64,000 bases of DNA from Raja brachyura. Taxonomy: Eukaryota. The DNA lies in contig OY740790.1 in NCBI GenBank assembly GCA_963514005.1, forward strand, positions 38,068,001-38,132,000, read 5' to 3'. The notes beneath the pieces were generated by a model. The model did not search any database and was not told where the DNA came from. It was given only the letters and a program-made list of their open reading frames with translations. Positions 49,301-62,350 of this stretch are shown one piece after another (within the stretch, counting starts at the first letter, position 1; the number at the start of each line of letters is the position of its first letter). The position numbers and the translations under genes were made by a program.

Positions 49301-50715
49301 TGACAAAGAACTGACAACTCGCCTATTTTTATCAGCGATCCACCTTGGCAGTTGAACTTGCTGTCATCTGGTTGGACAGTAAACAAAAAGATTCAAATTT
49401 TTCTTCATGCTGTTGCAAATGTGAACTGTCTCATATTTACCCATAAGTGGATCAGGAATGTGCAAAGTCTATCATTGCGACAGCTGTGAATTTGAAATGT
49501 ACAGTTTCTAAAGAACTTAATTTCATTTTTTTTTACTTTGCGTGATTGCCTCGATCTCATTCTCTGCTACTAAGCAGATTGTGCCTGTTTACGAAAACAA
49601 TGTTAACAGTGGTAATTTTAATTTTCTTTATATTTGTACTGTCTGTCAAGCTGATCTAATGCATTTTAAGCCTAACAAAAGGCAAGGAAGGAAACGCCTT
49701 TTGAAAATTAAACTATATTAAATGGAATTACACATCTATACTTGGAGACAATCTCATGTCATCTGTGCAGACCTTTGCACCCTACAGATGGTTCCTGCAT
49801 GCATAATGAATTATTTTAATGACACTGGGAGGCTTTCAATGTTCCCTAATTTCCCACATGGTCCATAAATGACCACTGTAATCAGTTGAAGTTAACATGG
49901 AGAACATGGAATGTGTGCTTGTTACACAGGATCCAGAGACTGGAAAAGGCCATTGTGGAATGATTTTTTTTCCCCCTCAGCATGTGTTCATTATTTATTC
50001 CCTGGCATATCCATTTGAATGACAGTGAATTATTGCAGACGTTTGTATGGATAATGCAAAAGATTATCATCTGTTGGAATGAGATACCATCTTGAAGCAA
50101 CCTTCTTATTCCAAACTGGATGAAAGTTTCTATTGTGTGGCTGTGGCACATTAAATGCATTCTTCAAGCACAGTCTCTGATAAATTAGTCAAGCTAATAC
50201 TGCAAGTGAATTTAGTGTTGACTTGAAGAGCTGAACTTTGCTGAAAGACAACCGCGAATGTTCTGCAAAGAAAATTACATGCAGCTGAAGGATGCTGCTT
50301 TGAAATAATTAGCAGGTATCTTTCACCACCTGAAAACTACCTCATTTGATTTGTTATCTCATTCTCCAGACATCTTCAAGACCATACAATGCTCCTCAAT
50401 TTAAACAAATAGGAAATATGTTTTCAGCCATTCTTGCCCTCGGTCAGAGAGATCCAAGTGGACTGATAAACCACTTTGGCTCTTTTCATCCTTACAAATA
50501 TTGCTGGTATTAATTGTCTATAATTTATTCATTTTGCTGGCATGGTCTGGGTTAATTGTTCATCCCTAATTACCTTTGAGAAAATGTGGAAACCTGACTT
50601 CTGAAACCACTGTGGTCCTTCTAGCGAAGGTGCCCTACAATGTTATAGAGGGAAAAATTCCAGGATTTAGAACCAGCGATACCTTTGAACCAACAGTGTA
50701 CATCAAAATCAACAT

Positions 50716-50826
50716 CAATAGACATAGACAATAGGTGCAAGAGTAGGTCATTCGGCCCTTCGAGCCAACACCGCCATTCAATGTGATCATGACTGATCAT
50801 CCCCAATCAGTACCCCGTTCCTGCCT
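50716..50826 (-). mobile_element. HER1/CR1 3' tail
   Basis: gacaataggtgcaagagtaggtcattcggcccttcgag..ccccaatcagtaccccgttcctgcc. Confidence 0.88.
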
Positions 50827-51171
50827 TTTTGGCAGGAACACGACTACCGGCAAACTTGCAGGTAGTAATACCCCCATGTGCCTACTGCCCTTATCCTTTT
50901 TGGGTTGTAAAGGTTGGATGTTCGAGTGGTGGTTTTGGAGTAGCCTTGGTACCACAAATGGATGGGATACTCTGCAGCCATGGTGCACCACTGGCAGAGG
51001 GAACACATATTTAGTATGGTAGATGGAGTGTCATTCAAGTGGACTGCTTTTCTGAGATCATATCACACATCTTAACAGTTGTCTGAGCAGGGCAGTGAAG
51101 AGCAATTTATCACAGATCTAACTTGAGCCTGTGAGGAGGTGAGTTGTTCACTGGCAGATATATCGCCTATG

Positions 51172-51605
51172 TCCTGGATAGACTGGATAGACTCGGCTTG
51201 TACTCGTTAGAATTTGGAAGATTGAGGGATGATCTTATAGAAATTTACAAAATTCTTAAGGGGTTGGACAGGCTAGATGCAGGAAGATTGTTCCCGATGT
51301 TGGGGAAGTCCAGAACAAGGGGTCACAGTTGAAGGATAAGGGGGAAGTCTTTTAGGACCGAGATGAGAAAAACATTTTTCACACAGAGAGTGGTGCATCT
51401 GTGAAATTCTCTGCCACAGAAGGTAGTTGAGGCCAGTTCATTGGCTTTGTTTAAGAGAGAGCTAGATGTGGCCCTTGTTGCTAAAGGGATCAGTGGGTAT
51501 GGGGAGAAGGCAGGTACAGGATACTGAGTTGGATGATCACCCATGATCATATTGAATGGCAGTGCAGGCTCGAAGTGCCGAATGGCCTACTCCTGCACCT
51601 ATTGC
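51172..51605 (+). mobile_element. Young HER1/CR1 LINE 3' end
   Basis: LDRLGLYSLEFGRLRDDLIEIYKILKGLDRLDAGRLFPMLGKSRTRGHS plus the 3' tail. Confidence 0.93.
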
Positions 51606-52930
51606 TCATCTGCTTAAGTGTCTGATCAGTGGTTATCCTAGGATATTGGGGCATCCCATGTTGGAAATGTCCAAGGTAGCTGATTAAACTTACCCTTATT
51701 GGAGAAGTTCTTCACTGAGCACAGAGTGGTGGCTATGTTTCTTTCCACATCAGCTCATGCCTGCAATGTTGGTTAGGCCTTGCTGCATGGATTGCTAAGG
51801 AGTTGCGAAATTTGTGCAATCATCAACAAACATCCCACATTTAACTGTAAAAGTCATTGATGACCTAGCTGAAGATGGTTGGTCCTAGGACATTGCCCTG
51901 AGGAACTCTTGTACTGATATTCTGGGGCTGGGATGATACCATACTTGGTCAAATGCCACCTTGGTGTCAAGGGCCGTCACTTTCAGCAAGCCTTTGAATT
52001 TAACTCTGGTTGCACTTAAACAGTCCTATGATCTGGAATTGGGTGTTCCTGTCGAAATCCAGACTGGCATTGATGCATCTCTTGCCCGCAAGTCAGGATG
52101 CAAGTAGGCATTGTGATGAGTTGTGAGTAAAATTATGTGGCATGGCTAGTATGTGGAATACCTCTCACTTTGCACAATTAATTAGGCCAGGTGCTGACTT
52201 GCTGAGCCCAAATTCAATGCATATGTCAGTGACAGCCACTCAATCCATTTTATTCTTTCTCACACTATCACAAGTTGATTATAAGGAGAGTATGCTGTCA
52301 CATATAAACCAGACCATGCAAGGATATGTAGATTTACATTTCTGTCGGGCATTAGTGAGGCATATCTGCTTTTATGATAATCCAGCCGCTTCTATAGCCA
52401 TGAGTACTAAGACTAGTGGCAGCAAATAGTGAAGGATATAAATAATGGGAGTCAAACCCTTAGGACCAGAATGCTCATGAGAGGTCAGAGGCGGGAGTTG
52501 CTATTTATTATTTTCCATAAGTGTCTTTTCCTGTCACCTCCACAAGTAACTTCAGACACTTATCTGTTTGATTCACCCAATATCACTAACATCATACAAT
52601 TGCAGTTACTTACAATCTCAAGGTCCCTGCATCCTACAAACATACTATTTTTGCAAGCTTCTGAACCTCACTTCATCTATTTGTGCACACAGCAAGCTAT
52701 TAATCTTTGATAGTCACATTATCCCCATAGGTCCCTTCTTTCCTTTCTCTTTTAGACAAAATGGAATGCAATCATGCACAGCAGAAGTAACTGGAGGAGG
52801 GGCAAGCACATCTGCAAGGTGTAACTTCTTTGGTTGCGAGGGTGCTGCCCATTATTGGGACAACTGTTGCTGAGGTCATGGTGATTGGCCATTGTGCTAT
52901 GATACCCTCATAGCTAACTTACAGGTTGGC

Positions 52931-53234
52931 AGTTTAGTTTAGTTTAGAGATACAGCACGGAAACAGGCCCTTCGGCCCACAGACTCCACACCGACCAGCA
53001 ATCCCTGCACATTAACATTCCCCTACACACACTTGGGACAATTTACTTATACCAAGCCAATTAACCTAAAAACATGTATGTCTTTAGAGTGTGGGAGGAA
53101 GCTGAATATCTCTGAGAAAACACATGTGGTCACGGGGAGAACGTACAAACTCTGTACAGACAGCACCCGTAGTCATGATCGAACCCGAGTGTCTGGTGCT
53201 GCAAGGCAGCAACTCTACTGCTGCACCACCGTGC
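52931..53234 (-). mobile_element. HE1-like tRNA-derived V-SINE
   Basis: (tttag)n tail, ggaaacaggcccttcggccc and gatcgaacccg B-box complement. Confidence 0.93.
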
Positions 53235-53544
53235 AGTCCACCATGCCGGCACTTCTTCTATCTCTCCTCCCCCACCACTGTCCTTCACCCTCTTCCAGCA
53301 AAGGGGAATATAACGTCATTAGCTTCTTTTGAACAGGGAAACTACATGAGCTCATTTCATTAACTGGAGAGAAATCTGTGAAAGATAGTGAATACCTTCA
53401 GATCCAGATTGAAAAGTGTAATAAAGATAATTGCCACAAGCATCCTGATAGCCATGGGCATCGACATTCGTCCCCTGCTCTCAAATGCATTGATGGCTGC
53501 AGCAGATCTCAAGTTGAGAAAGCATGCCGGTAAATATGACCTGC

Positions 53545-53840
53545 AACATAGAAACATAGAAAAATAGGTGCAGGAGTAGGCTATTCGGCCCTTCGAGCCT
53601 GCACCGCCATTCAATATGATCATGGCTGATCATCCAACTCAGTATCCCGTACCTGCCTTCTCTCCATAGCCACAAGAGCCACATCCAACTCCCTTTTCAA
53701 TATAGCCAATGAACTGGCCTCAACAACCTTCTGTGGCAGAGAATTCCAGAGACTCACCACTCTCTGTGTAAAAAATGTTTTCCTCATCTCGGTCCTAAAG
53801 GAATTCCCCCTTATCCTTAGACTGTGACCCCTTGTTCTTG
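53545..53840 (-). mobile_element. HER1/CR1 LINE 3' end
   Basis: RTRGHSLRIRGNSFRTEMRKTFFTQRVVSLWNSLPQKVVEA and a catagaaa tail. Confidence 0.93.
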
Positions 53841-55360
53841 TTCTGAACATGAGGCAATACTTGCTGTGATTCACCTGGGAGTTTTGCTCCCTGAACATTC
53901 TGAGCAGACGTGTTTTCCGGCTCTTCTTCCCTACCACTGGTTAGTGTCTCCACTACCATTTGTCATATTCTATGTATCTTCCGAATATTCTGCGTTAATT
54001 TTGTGTGCAAAAGGAAAAAGACAAAGAGAGAAGTTGAAAATACAGGTTTATCAAAAATGTAAAATATTAACCTATCATTTCTCTTTTCAATGCTCTTGAA
54101 GCCTCTATTATTGATAAGGCAGATTATTGTTTATGACCAGATAGGTTATTGCAAAACAATCGTAAATTTTTTGCAGAAGATATTTTTCGTTAGTCATCAT
54201 TATTTAGATGAAGAATCTATGGTTTGATTTTTCAGAAAAAATGATCTAAAACCAAAATTTGGAGAAAAGTTTGTTTCAAGATATGTGAATTTCCAAACCT
54301 TTGTAACATGGAAAAAAATGATGAAAGGCAAGGGGCACTGAAATCTGTTGACAAAACAATTGACTGTAAATTTGAAGGATTTATTTTCTTAGATCACTAT
54401 ATGAAGCAGAAATTTCACAAGTTTGGTCTTGATGCGATTCACAGAGAAATTCCATAATCATGTCAGCCAGCCAAAATTCTATTGTAATAAATCATGTACA
54501 GCAGGGATTATTTCATATGATAATTAAAAATAATCACATCTGCAGTTATGTAGGCTTTAAGCTATGGAACATGTGTTAAATGCAATTTGTTCGGAAAGGA
54601 ATAATCTATGCATAGTCACTAGTGTCTTTTTATGTACATCATAAGGAACTATTCAAAATAAAATCTGATAAGTTTTGAATACTCATATTTCTTTTTTCCT
54701 TGTACTATGCAACTAGTTGTCCTGTGGCCATTCCATTTTTAATTTATTAACAGAGAGTAATGCCCATCTAAAAGTCCATTTAAAGCACAGTGTGAGCATT
54801 TCTGTACACTGTTTTTAACTCGTTCACACAGCAACTTAGTTATTGAACTGCAAACCCAATTAAAACATTTAGCCCATCAGTATTAAAACCACCAGAGAGA
54901 AAAAGGTAAGCAATTAATACTCTCATTTAATTTTTTTGATTTTCACTCAAGTCCATGGTAATGTTTCTGTTTTTTTTTCCGAATATGCTGTAGTAATTAT
55001 AGGCAATGTTAATAATTTGAAAATTGATGGCATACTTAGCAATTATGTTGAAATATACGCAGCTATAATGCTAACCCTATTGCTATGTTGTTCTGCCTAC
55101 ATTGACTGTTCATCCACCACGCATCATACCAAATTTCATTCTTGATTATTGACGTATTTATGGATAAGATGTGCAGTCTGGAGGTATACATTTCTTTGCC
55201 TACACGATTACCTGTAAAAGTGTAAAGCATTTAAAATCTTTTGCAGAAGTGCTGCCCCCATCCTAATTAAGGTATATATTGCAAAATTCATATTCGCAAT
55301 GCACTTCTAAACTTGATTGTACTTTGTTTCTGTGTTTGTAACTAAGGCTGACAACCATTA

Positions 55361-56031
55361 AGCCCTGTCCCACTTACGTGTCCTTGGCACGCTAATTACA
55401 CGACCTCATGGTTGCGTTGAACTGCGACAGTCCCACGTGAATTCATTTGACCGCACAGCCGTTCGGACCCCGTGAAGTCATTTGAAGATGGACGCAAAAT
55501 GCCAGAGTAACTCAACGGGACTGGCAGTATCTCTGGAGAGAAGCAATGGGTGATGTTACGTGTCGAGACTCTTCTTCAGTCTGAAAGAAGGGTCTTGATC
55601 CGAAACATCCCCCATTGCTTCTCTCCAGAGATGCTGCCGGTCCCGCTGAGTTACTCCAGCATTTTGTCTCTATCTTTAATTTTCTTGGCCTCGCTCTGAG
55701 AGTAGGAGTGGGGGCAGATCCGGACCACAACGACCGTGAGCCCCAGGCCAAGTTCGGCGATCGTTTACATGCTTCTGCTGCTGTAGAAGGTGAGACGTTG
55801 CGTCACGCCAGGGTCTTGGGCCTGTCCCCCTTTGGTCGTCAGTTACGTGACAGGCCGTTGGCACGGGAAGATTTTGTTCGCTACAAATATTTCGGTGCCC
55901 CGCGCAATGTCGCGCACAACTACATACCCCTCCGCGCTTCTACGTGGGACCGGCCCCGTGCGGCCATACGATGCCCGTGCGCCTCAACGTGACCACGAGG
56001 TCGCGTAATTTGCGTGCCAAGGACAGGCCCT
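55361..56031. mobile_element. PIF/Harbinger-type MITE carrying a palindromic hammerhead-element cassette
   Basis: Left TIR agccctgtcccacttacgtgtccttggcacgctaattac. Right TIR gtaatttgcgtgccaaggacaggccct has a deletion. tta on both flanks. Confidence 0.85.
55480..55680. mobile_element. Head-to-head palindromic hammerhead-element dimer
   Basis: ~100-bp arms centred on cttcttcag-t-ctgaaagaag (centre 55580). Confidence 0.88.
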
Positions 56032-56221
56032 TTAGAATGCATTACACTGACGAAGGGATTATGACAAATGAGAACTGTCCTATATCCAAAATCACTGTGA
56101 TATTATGCGATTTTAGTCATTCTTCCTTTCTATCTGTGAAGGTTATTGCCAACTAAGCTACACCAATATGTGGCATTCCCTGATACTGCACCATGGCCAT
56201 TCTTCATCTGGGTGAGTGTAA

Positions 56222-56776
56222 AGGGGCTGTCCCATTGCGGCGACCTTATTGGCGAGTTTAGGAGAGTTTGAAAAAATGTCATATTGAAGACCTTCGACTT
56301 TGTAGAAGACCTCCTTTGACCTCCTTTGACTATGTTGAAGACTAGCTTCTACTAGCTCGACTAGGTTCGAGAAAATTGGACACCAAATCGTGGAGAGTGA
56401 AGACGACCTCCTTTGATCTCCTCCGACTATGTTGAAGACTATCTACGACCACCTTCGACTACCTTTGATTATCTTCGACTACCGTCGTTTACCTAAAAAT
56501 AATATGCAGACCTACTGCGACCTACTTCGACTAAACCTACGAGTAAAAAAAGTATCGATTTTATCCAAGGCAACCTTTTTTTACTCGCGGGCATTTTTCA
56601 ACATGTTGAAAAATACGCCGCAACCTAGCTGAGGTCTCGAGTACACGGGAACTACTCTCGAGCATGAAGGAGAGTTACAAAAACCTTCTAGGACCTCGTC
56701 GACCATGCTGCGAGTATGAGTCGAGGGCAAACTCGCCAGAACTCGCGGATTAGGTCGCCGCAGTGGGACAGCCCCT
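56222..56776. mobile_element. PIF/Harbinger-type MITE
   Basis: TIRs aggggctgtcccattgcggcgacc / ggtcgccgcagtgggacagcccct. Flanks taa/tca. Repeated ttcgac/tttgac motifs and internal palindrome atttttcaacatgttgaaaaat. Confidence 0.85.
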
Positions 56777-59700
56777 TCAGGCAATCTACTTGGTTTTTGA
56801 ACCATCACTAGTTATTTCTGGATGTCCACTGACTGATATTTTACCATCAGTAGTTGGGCCAGACTGAACTATTTTCTAATGATTAACCAAGGCACAATTA
56901 GGAGATATTTTTGTCTCCAATAAGGAGTCAGCAATTTAAGTACACTATTCCATCTATTTATCCACCCAGCTATTGTAGGGATAATAACATTTTAAAATAG
57001 TGCTTCCATTTTTTAAGAAAATCATTTTTCCACTGAATTTATTATAAATGAAAAACATCATTAAATTATTTAGGATGAGCAACTAACTACTCCTGTAAAA
57101 GTTACATTCAGCATGCTTAAAATAAAGTATATTAAGACTTAACAATGAGTCCAAATAAATATTTCACCTAAGAAAAAATATCATGTTAATGCAAAAGTTA
57201 GGTAGGCTAATGAACATGATCACGTTTAAGCAGAACAGTTTGTTGAATTTTTTGATGACTTCTCAGTTGTTTGAATGAGTAGAGGCAGAATTCTGTGTTC
57301 ATTTTGGTGAGATTAATTGACTCGGGTGCTTACCTGAGTTCTGAGTGACCTTCCGGCTGCACAGTTGACTGAGCCCTCCTATGTATTGCCAACTTGTCTA
57401 CTTCTTGGGGTGCACCAGAACGAGCTGGGTATTTTTAAGATGACCAGTCGACAAAGGATTTTATTTGCAGGCCAGTTTGTTTACCCTTCAGGATATGCTC
57501 ATCCTTCCACCATTTTGATCAAATATTTGCCAATACCAGTGCAAACTAATTGCTATGCTCTGACAATACAGCCCATACCTTTACCTTGGAGGATTTTCCT
57601 TCCATTTCTACTCCTATCACTCCAAAGACCCTAACTTCTGCTGCAGTGCAGTCCCATTGCAATCCACTAAGTTAACCAATTGGTCAAGCATCATGTGCAA
57701 ACTGGCCCAGCAAGAATCAGCCAGCTGTCTGACAGTGGGAGATATCACAGCTGAGTTTTGTTTTTCAAATTCTTTTCGACAGGGGTCACAGGATATCATT
57801 CAAGAGCTGGTATGCCCTTGCCCAGGGGCACTGACATTTAACAGTACCCTGAGCTGAAATCTAAGAGATTGTAACAAAAAAAAAATTAAGACAAAACCCA
57901 TTTTTCCAGCATAGTTACCTGGCCATAAGAACTTTATATAAACAAAACATGAAACATTTCTGAATATTACATGCCAAGCTTTAGTCCAAGGACGATATTA
58001 TTGATTTTAAATTGGGCTATGAAAATGTCAATTATACTACCAAAATCCACCTCACAGTCATTATGTTGCATGCTTAAGAATTCCAAACTCTTTTTTGAGG
58101 CTTTAGCTTGTGCGTTTCATTGTGCCTGAATTCCAGGTCTCTGTTTCTTTTCTGCCCTTGCTGCAGCAAGTAAATCTCTAAATATTTTAAAGTTTGTCTC
58201 CTGCAGAGGCCCTACTTCCTTTTTACAGTATCAGGGGTGGGGGGACGGGGGGAGGGGTTGGATGTAATCAGGAGCAAAACAAAATAAAAGAGCCCTTATG
58301 TTAAAAATGCAGGGGAATTTTACACAACATTTGTATTTGGTAATGCAGATACCATTATAGTTAACATTTCACTGTGTGGTTCTGGTGTTTTATGGTGACA
58401 TCATTCCAACCATATTTGCTGACAAATCAGAGTTCAAGCTGGGTATATTTAGATTCAGTTTATTACATTTAGGTTTGTACAGTTTACCCCTTTTATTTGT
58501 ATTAACCTTCCCCAAGGAAGACTTCATTATCCGGGGAGGCCTGTAAGGTTTCTGTTTTCTGTTGTATTTTACTTCCCTGTGAGACCTGCAGCATCAGCTT
58601 ACTGTAGGAACCAATGCCATTGTCTTGTCTTTGTCGAAAGGTCAAAACTGAATAAAAAGCACAATATCCACCATCAGAGTACAAAGAAAGTATTGACTTT
58701 CCTAATCCAGTTTTGCTGAAGGGTGAGAGAATTAAATTAGTTATCTGGGTGAAGAAATCGAGAGCCTATGAGAAAAGATAAGGAGGCAGTTGTGTTTTCT
58801 CTGGGAGCTTTCGGCCCAAGATGCGCAGGTGTGTCACCCGATCCATGACTTGCATCGATCGAGCTGTGCAAATGCATATTTAATTAGTGCAGGGACTTGG
58901 AATGCATTATGGACCTGAAGTTCGCATTGAACGGACTGTCAGGCTTTGTGAATGTTCTCCCCTGGTTCGTTGTTCAAGGCGCTTCTGTACTGTGTCTGAG
59001 CAGCTAAAAGTTTCTTTGTTTTTAGCTGCTGATGCGTAGCACGCTGCTGAGGGGAATACAAACAAGTAAAGTCTTAAAGTGTTTATTTTTGTCTGGAAAT
59101 ACGGCTGAGGCAACACGATGAGAGACGAGGGACGTGGGGCTGATGCCGAATAATGATGAGATTCTCATTTGAATTAATGTATTTTCACTATTGCACAAAA
59201 TGACATTCACAAGAAAAGCCTATAGCTTATCCTTATTCTATTTTCACTTTTACATTTCTAACATTTTAACCCTTAAATATCCCATGGATTTCTCCCAAGA
59301 TTAACAGTGTGATTCTCATATCTTCCACTTGTCTGGTGGTCTGGTTATAACTTTTGTCTGGAGAAACTGAAAGATAAATGCTCTAGAAAATAGTTTTTGT
59401 TGACCGATAAAATCAGAAGTTTGAAAAGGATCATGGCAGTGCATTGTGAGTACTCGAGGTTGGCAAACAGCATCATCTCTGTGTTATGCAAAAATAATGA
59501 CGTAGTTAGGGTCACAAAATATTCGTTTTGCAAACAGATTCTATTTCATGATAAATGCTGCATCATGTTTCTCGCAGTTTCTTGTGTGCTTACTGGTTGT
59601 ACAACTTCTGACAAAGAAAGCTGGTGGGACATTTCAATTCATGCATTTTTTTCACAATGATATGTTTGCATAGTATGTCTGGGATGTTTTTATGGAACGT

Positions 59701-60465
59701 TTTATACAACTGGGTGTTGAGTTGGATCTCATGCAAGTTAAAGTGGGGGGTTGAGACCAGAACAATTTTAATCAAACCTGTTTTAACATCTTTTTTATAT
59801 GGACAGCTCTATTAATCGAATTCTGTCAACTTGCAGGCAAACATTCTTTAAAGGTATTGTTTCCCAAACAGTTTCTGTGTCCTTGATATCCTAGTCGAAT
59901 CAGGCATAACCACGATGAAAATGAGCTAACCATGCACGCCAGCAAATATTCAGTTTTAATCTCAAGTCTTCGGGTTAATATTGCAAACTGTATGTGTATT
60001 AGCTGCTAAAAAAGTGAGAAAAAAAATCTATGAAGATATTGTTTTGGATATGATTTCAGATGGTTGGAAATAATTATTTGGATCATGTTAACAGAGCTGC
60101 TATTTCAGCACACTTTATCCATCATTGGTCATTCCACGACTTTTTTTTTAAACCACAAAGCTAATTGCAAGTGGTTTCAAATTCCCTCAAAGGTTAAGCT
60201 TAACCCAGTTACAACTACAAATTTTGATATGATCAGATGTTGAAATTCTAACCATAAATGATTCAATATTTGTCAGGTGCTAGTTTACAGTATAAGTGTT
60301 ATTGGAAAGTGTGCATTAGATCATGCATCTCATCCTAGATCATGTTTCATCATTTTATGATTTTTTTTGGGCAGAGTCTGAAGCTGAGGTGAAGCAAGGC
60401 TCAATCATTGAACTTGTAGTGCACCTTACGACCAAGAAATTCCCCGTTTGAGTAGTCAGAGTGAA

Positions 60466-60952
60466 CAACCATATAACCATATAACAATTACAGCCTTCTC
60501 GGCCCTTCCAGTCCGTGCCGACCATTTATTTTCCCCTAGTCCCATCTACCTGCACTCAGACCATACCCCTCCATTCCCTTCCCGTCCATATACCTATCCA
60601 CTTTACTTTTAAATGTTAAAATCGATCCTGCCTCCACCACTTCTGCAGGAAGATCATTCCACACAGCCACCACTCTCTGAGTAAAGAAGTTCCCCCTCAT
60701 GTTACCCCTAAACTTCTGTCCCTTAATTCTCATGTCATGCCCTCTTGTTTGAATCTTTCCTACCCTCAATGGGAAAAGCTTATCCACGTCAACTCTGTCT
60801 ATCCCTTTCATCATTTTAAAGACCTCAATCAAGTCCCCCACTTAACCTTCTGCGCTCCAAAGAATAAAGACCTAACTTGTTCAACCTTTCTCTGTAATTT
60901 AGTTGCTGGAACCCAGGCAACATTCTAGTAAATCTCCTCTGTATTCTCTCTA
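60466..60952 (-). mobile_element. CR1/HER1 LINE 3' end
   Basis: GDLIEVFKMMKGIDRVDVDKLFPL..TRGH..NFFTQRVVAVWNDLP and an (aaccatat)n tail. Confidence 0.93.
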
Positions 60953-61109
60953 GTTAGTCTTTGTGCCTCCACCCCAGAACCAAGATCACTTCAGCTTCAA
61001 TTGTTGAACTACAGCATACACTCACACATGTACACACTGTGAGGTTGAACCCCAAGTCTTAGTGATTCCTTCACTAAAGCATATAAGACGTTGGACCTTA
61101 CACTGGACA

Positions 61110-61590
61110 TCCAGGAGATTTGCCATCAAGTTCTCTGATGTTGCCAGAACTTGAGGACCTGAGCTATAGGGAGAGTATGATCAGGTTGGCACTCGCTTTC
61201 TTGGAGCACAGGAGAATGAGAGGTGATCTTATAGAGAACAAAATCATGGGAGGAATAGATTTGGTAAACATACAGAGTATTTTGCCCAGAGTAGGGGAAT
61301 TGAGAATCAGAGGACATAGGTTTAAGGTGAGAGAGGTTAAATTTTATAGGAACCTGCGGGGAAACTTTTTTACACAAAGGGTGGGGATGTATGGAACGAG
61401 CTGCCAGAGGAGGTAGTTGACGCAGGTACTATCACAATGTTTAAAAAACATTTAGACAGGTGCATGGATCGGACAGGTTTAGAGGGATATGGGCAAATAT
61501 AGGCAGGTGGGACTAGTGCAGATGGGACATGTTGGTCGGTGTGGGCAAGATGGGCCGAAGAACCTGTTTCCACGCTCTATGGTTCTAAAT
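61110..61590 (+). mobile_element. CR1/HER1 LINE 3' end
   Basis: MLPELEDLSYRE..LEHRRMRGDLIE..RGHRFKVR..GNFFTQRV. Confidence 0.92.
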
Positions 61591-61839
61591 TGCACCATAC
61601 CAACTTGTGACATTCAAAATTCACGACCTTAGGAAAGTGGGTTACATAGGTTATATTTTGGAAGTGAAAACAGGCGTCACTATATAGAAAATTACCATTG
61701 TCTCCCCAATGCACCCGGGTAGCCGAGTAGAAAAAATTCTGTGACGTTCAAGACCTCAAACATGACACATTTGTTCTTTCAAACAGCAGTAATCTGAATT
61801 GGCCTCTGAGGTTTGAAGAGATGAACAAATTATAGCTGA

Positions 61840-62350
61840 CCCATGAAAATACCAGAGAGGTCCTACTAACATTGCCTCTGTACGTAAACCAATCCAGGTT
61901 AAGCAAACTAACGTTAGAGCCTTCTGCCAGTTACATGCCTTTGCTTACACTAAACTAGTTCCAGTAGGGAGGCCATATTATCCACGTGCCAGACACCAGA
62001 CTCCTGAATGAACAGTTATCTCAATTCTGAAGACGATTAAAGGAAATGCTTCAAGGTCATTCTCAAAGTCTCTTTGGAAAAGTGTAACTTCTCCACTTCT
62101 TCACGAGAATATCCAACCCATGACCAATTAACATCAGGCGGAGCACCCTAAAACTCAGGCAAGACCATGTGGAAGCCATGGTAAAGGAATAGACGAAGTG
62201 CAGAAACTCGCAAAGAATGTGCCCGCACGCCCCAGTTAGCACCACCTGTGCAGTCTGCCGATACACATTGGACTTGCCAAATCAGAGCATGCACAACTGG
62301 CATGAGACCATTTCACCCATAACCTTGATGGACGGCCAAAGAAGAAGAAA
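61840..62350 (+). mobile_element. Old RTE (BovB-like) LINE 3' end
   Basis: GGHIIHVPDTRL and FKVILKVSLEKCN motifs. Ends gatggacggccaaagaagaagaa with a (gaa)n tail. Confidence 0.7.

Larger units (their letters stand above)
50545..52020 (-). mobile_element. Old CR1/L2-group LINE RT remnant hosting younger HER1 insertions
   Basis: Reverse-complement frames VTALDTKVAFDQVW (~51940-51980) and VPQGNVLGPTIFS (~51870-51910). Confidence 0.7.

Noticed and set aside
44130-49759. tggagacaat(t)ctcatgt at 44130 and 49743
   Set aside because: A single 17-18-nt match with an indel and no flanking similarity, so probably chance.
55615-56008. 125-aa and 72-aa ORFs
   Set aside because: They span a non-autonomous MITE and its cargo, with no transposase motifs.
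56280-56540. Short reiterated motifs resembling a CRISPR-like array
   Set aside because: Irregular subterminal repeats inside a TIR-bounded MITE. No constant repeat-spacer period, and the context is eukaryotic.
58603-58647. 45-nt minus-strand exon candidate (tttattcag / ACA|gtaagc)
   Set aside because: Peptides not recognised. Such splice-site pairs arise by chance in 64 kb.
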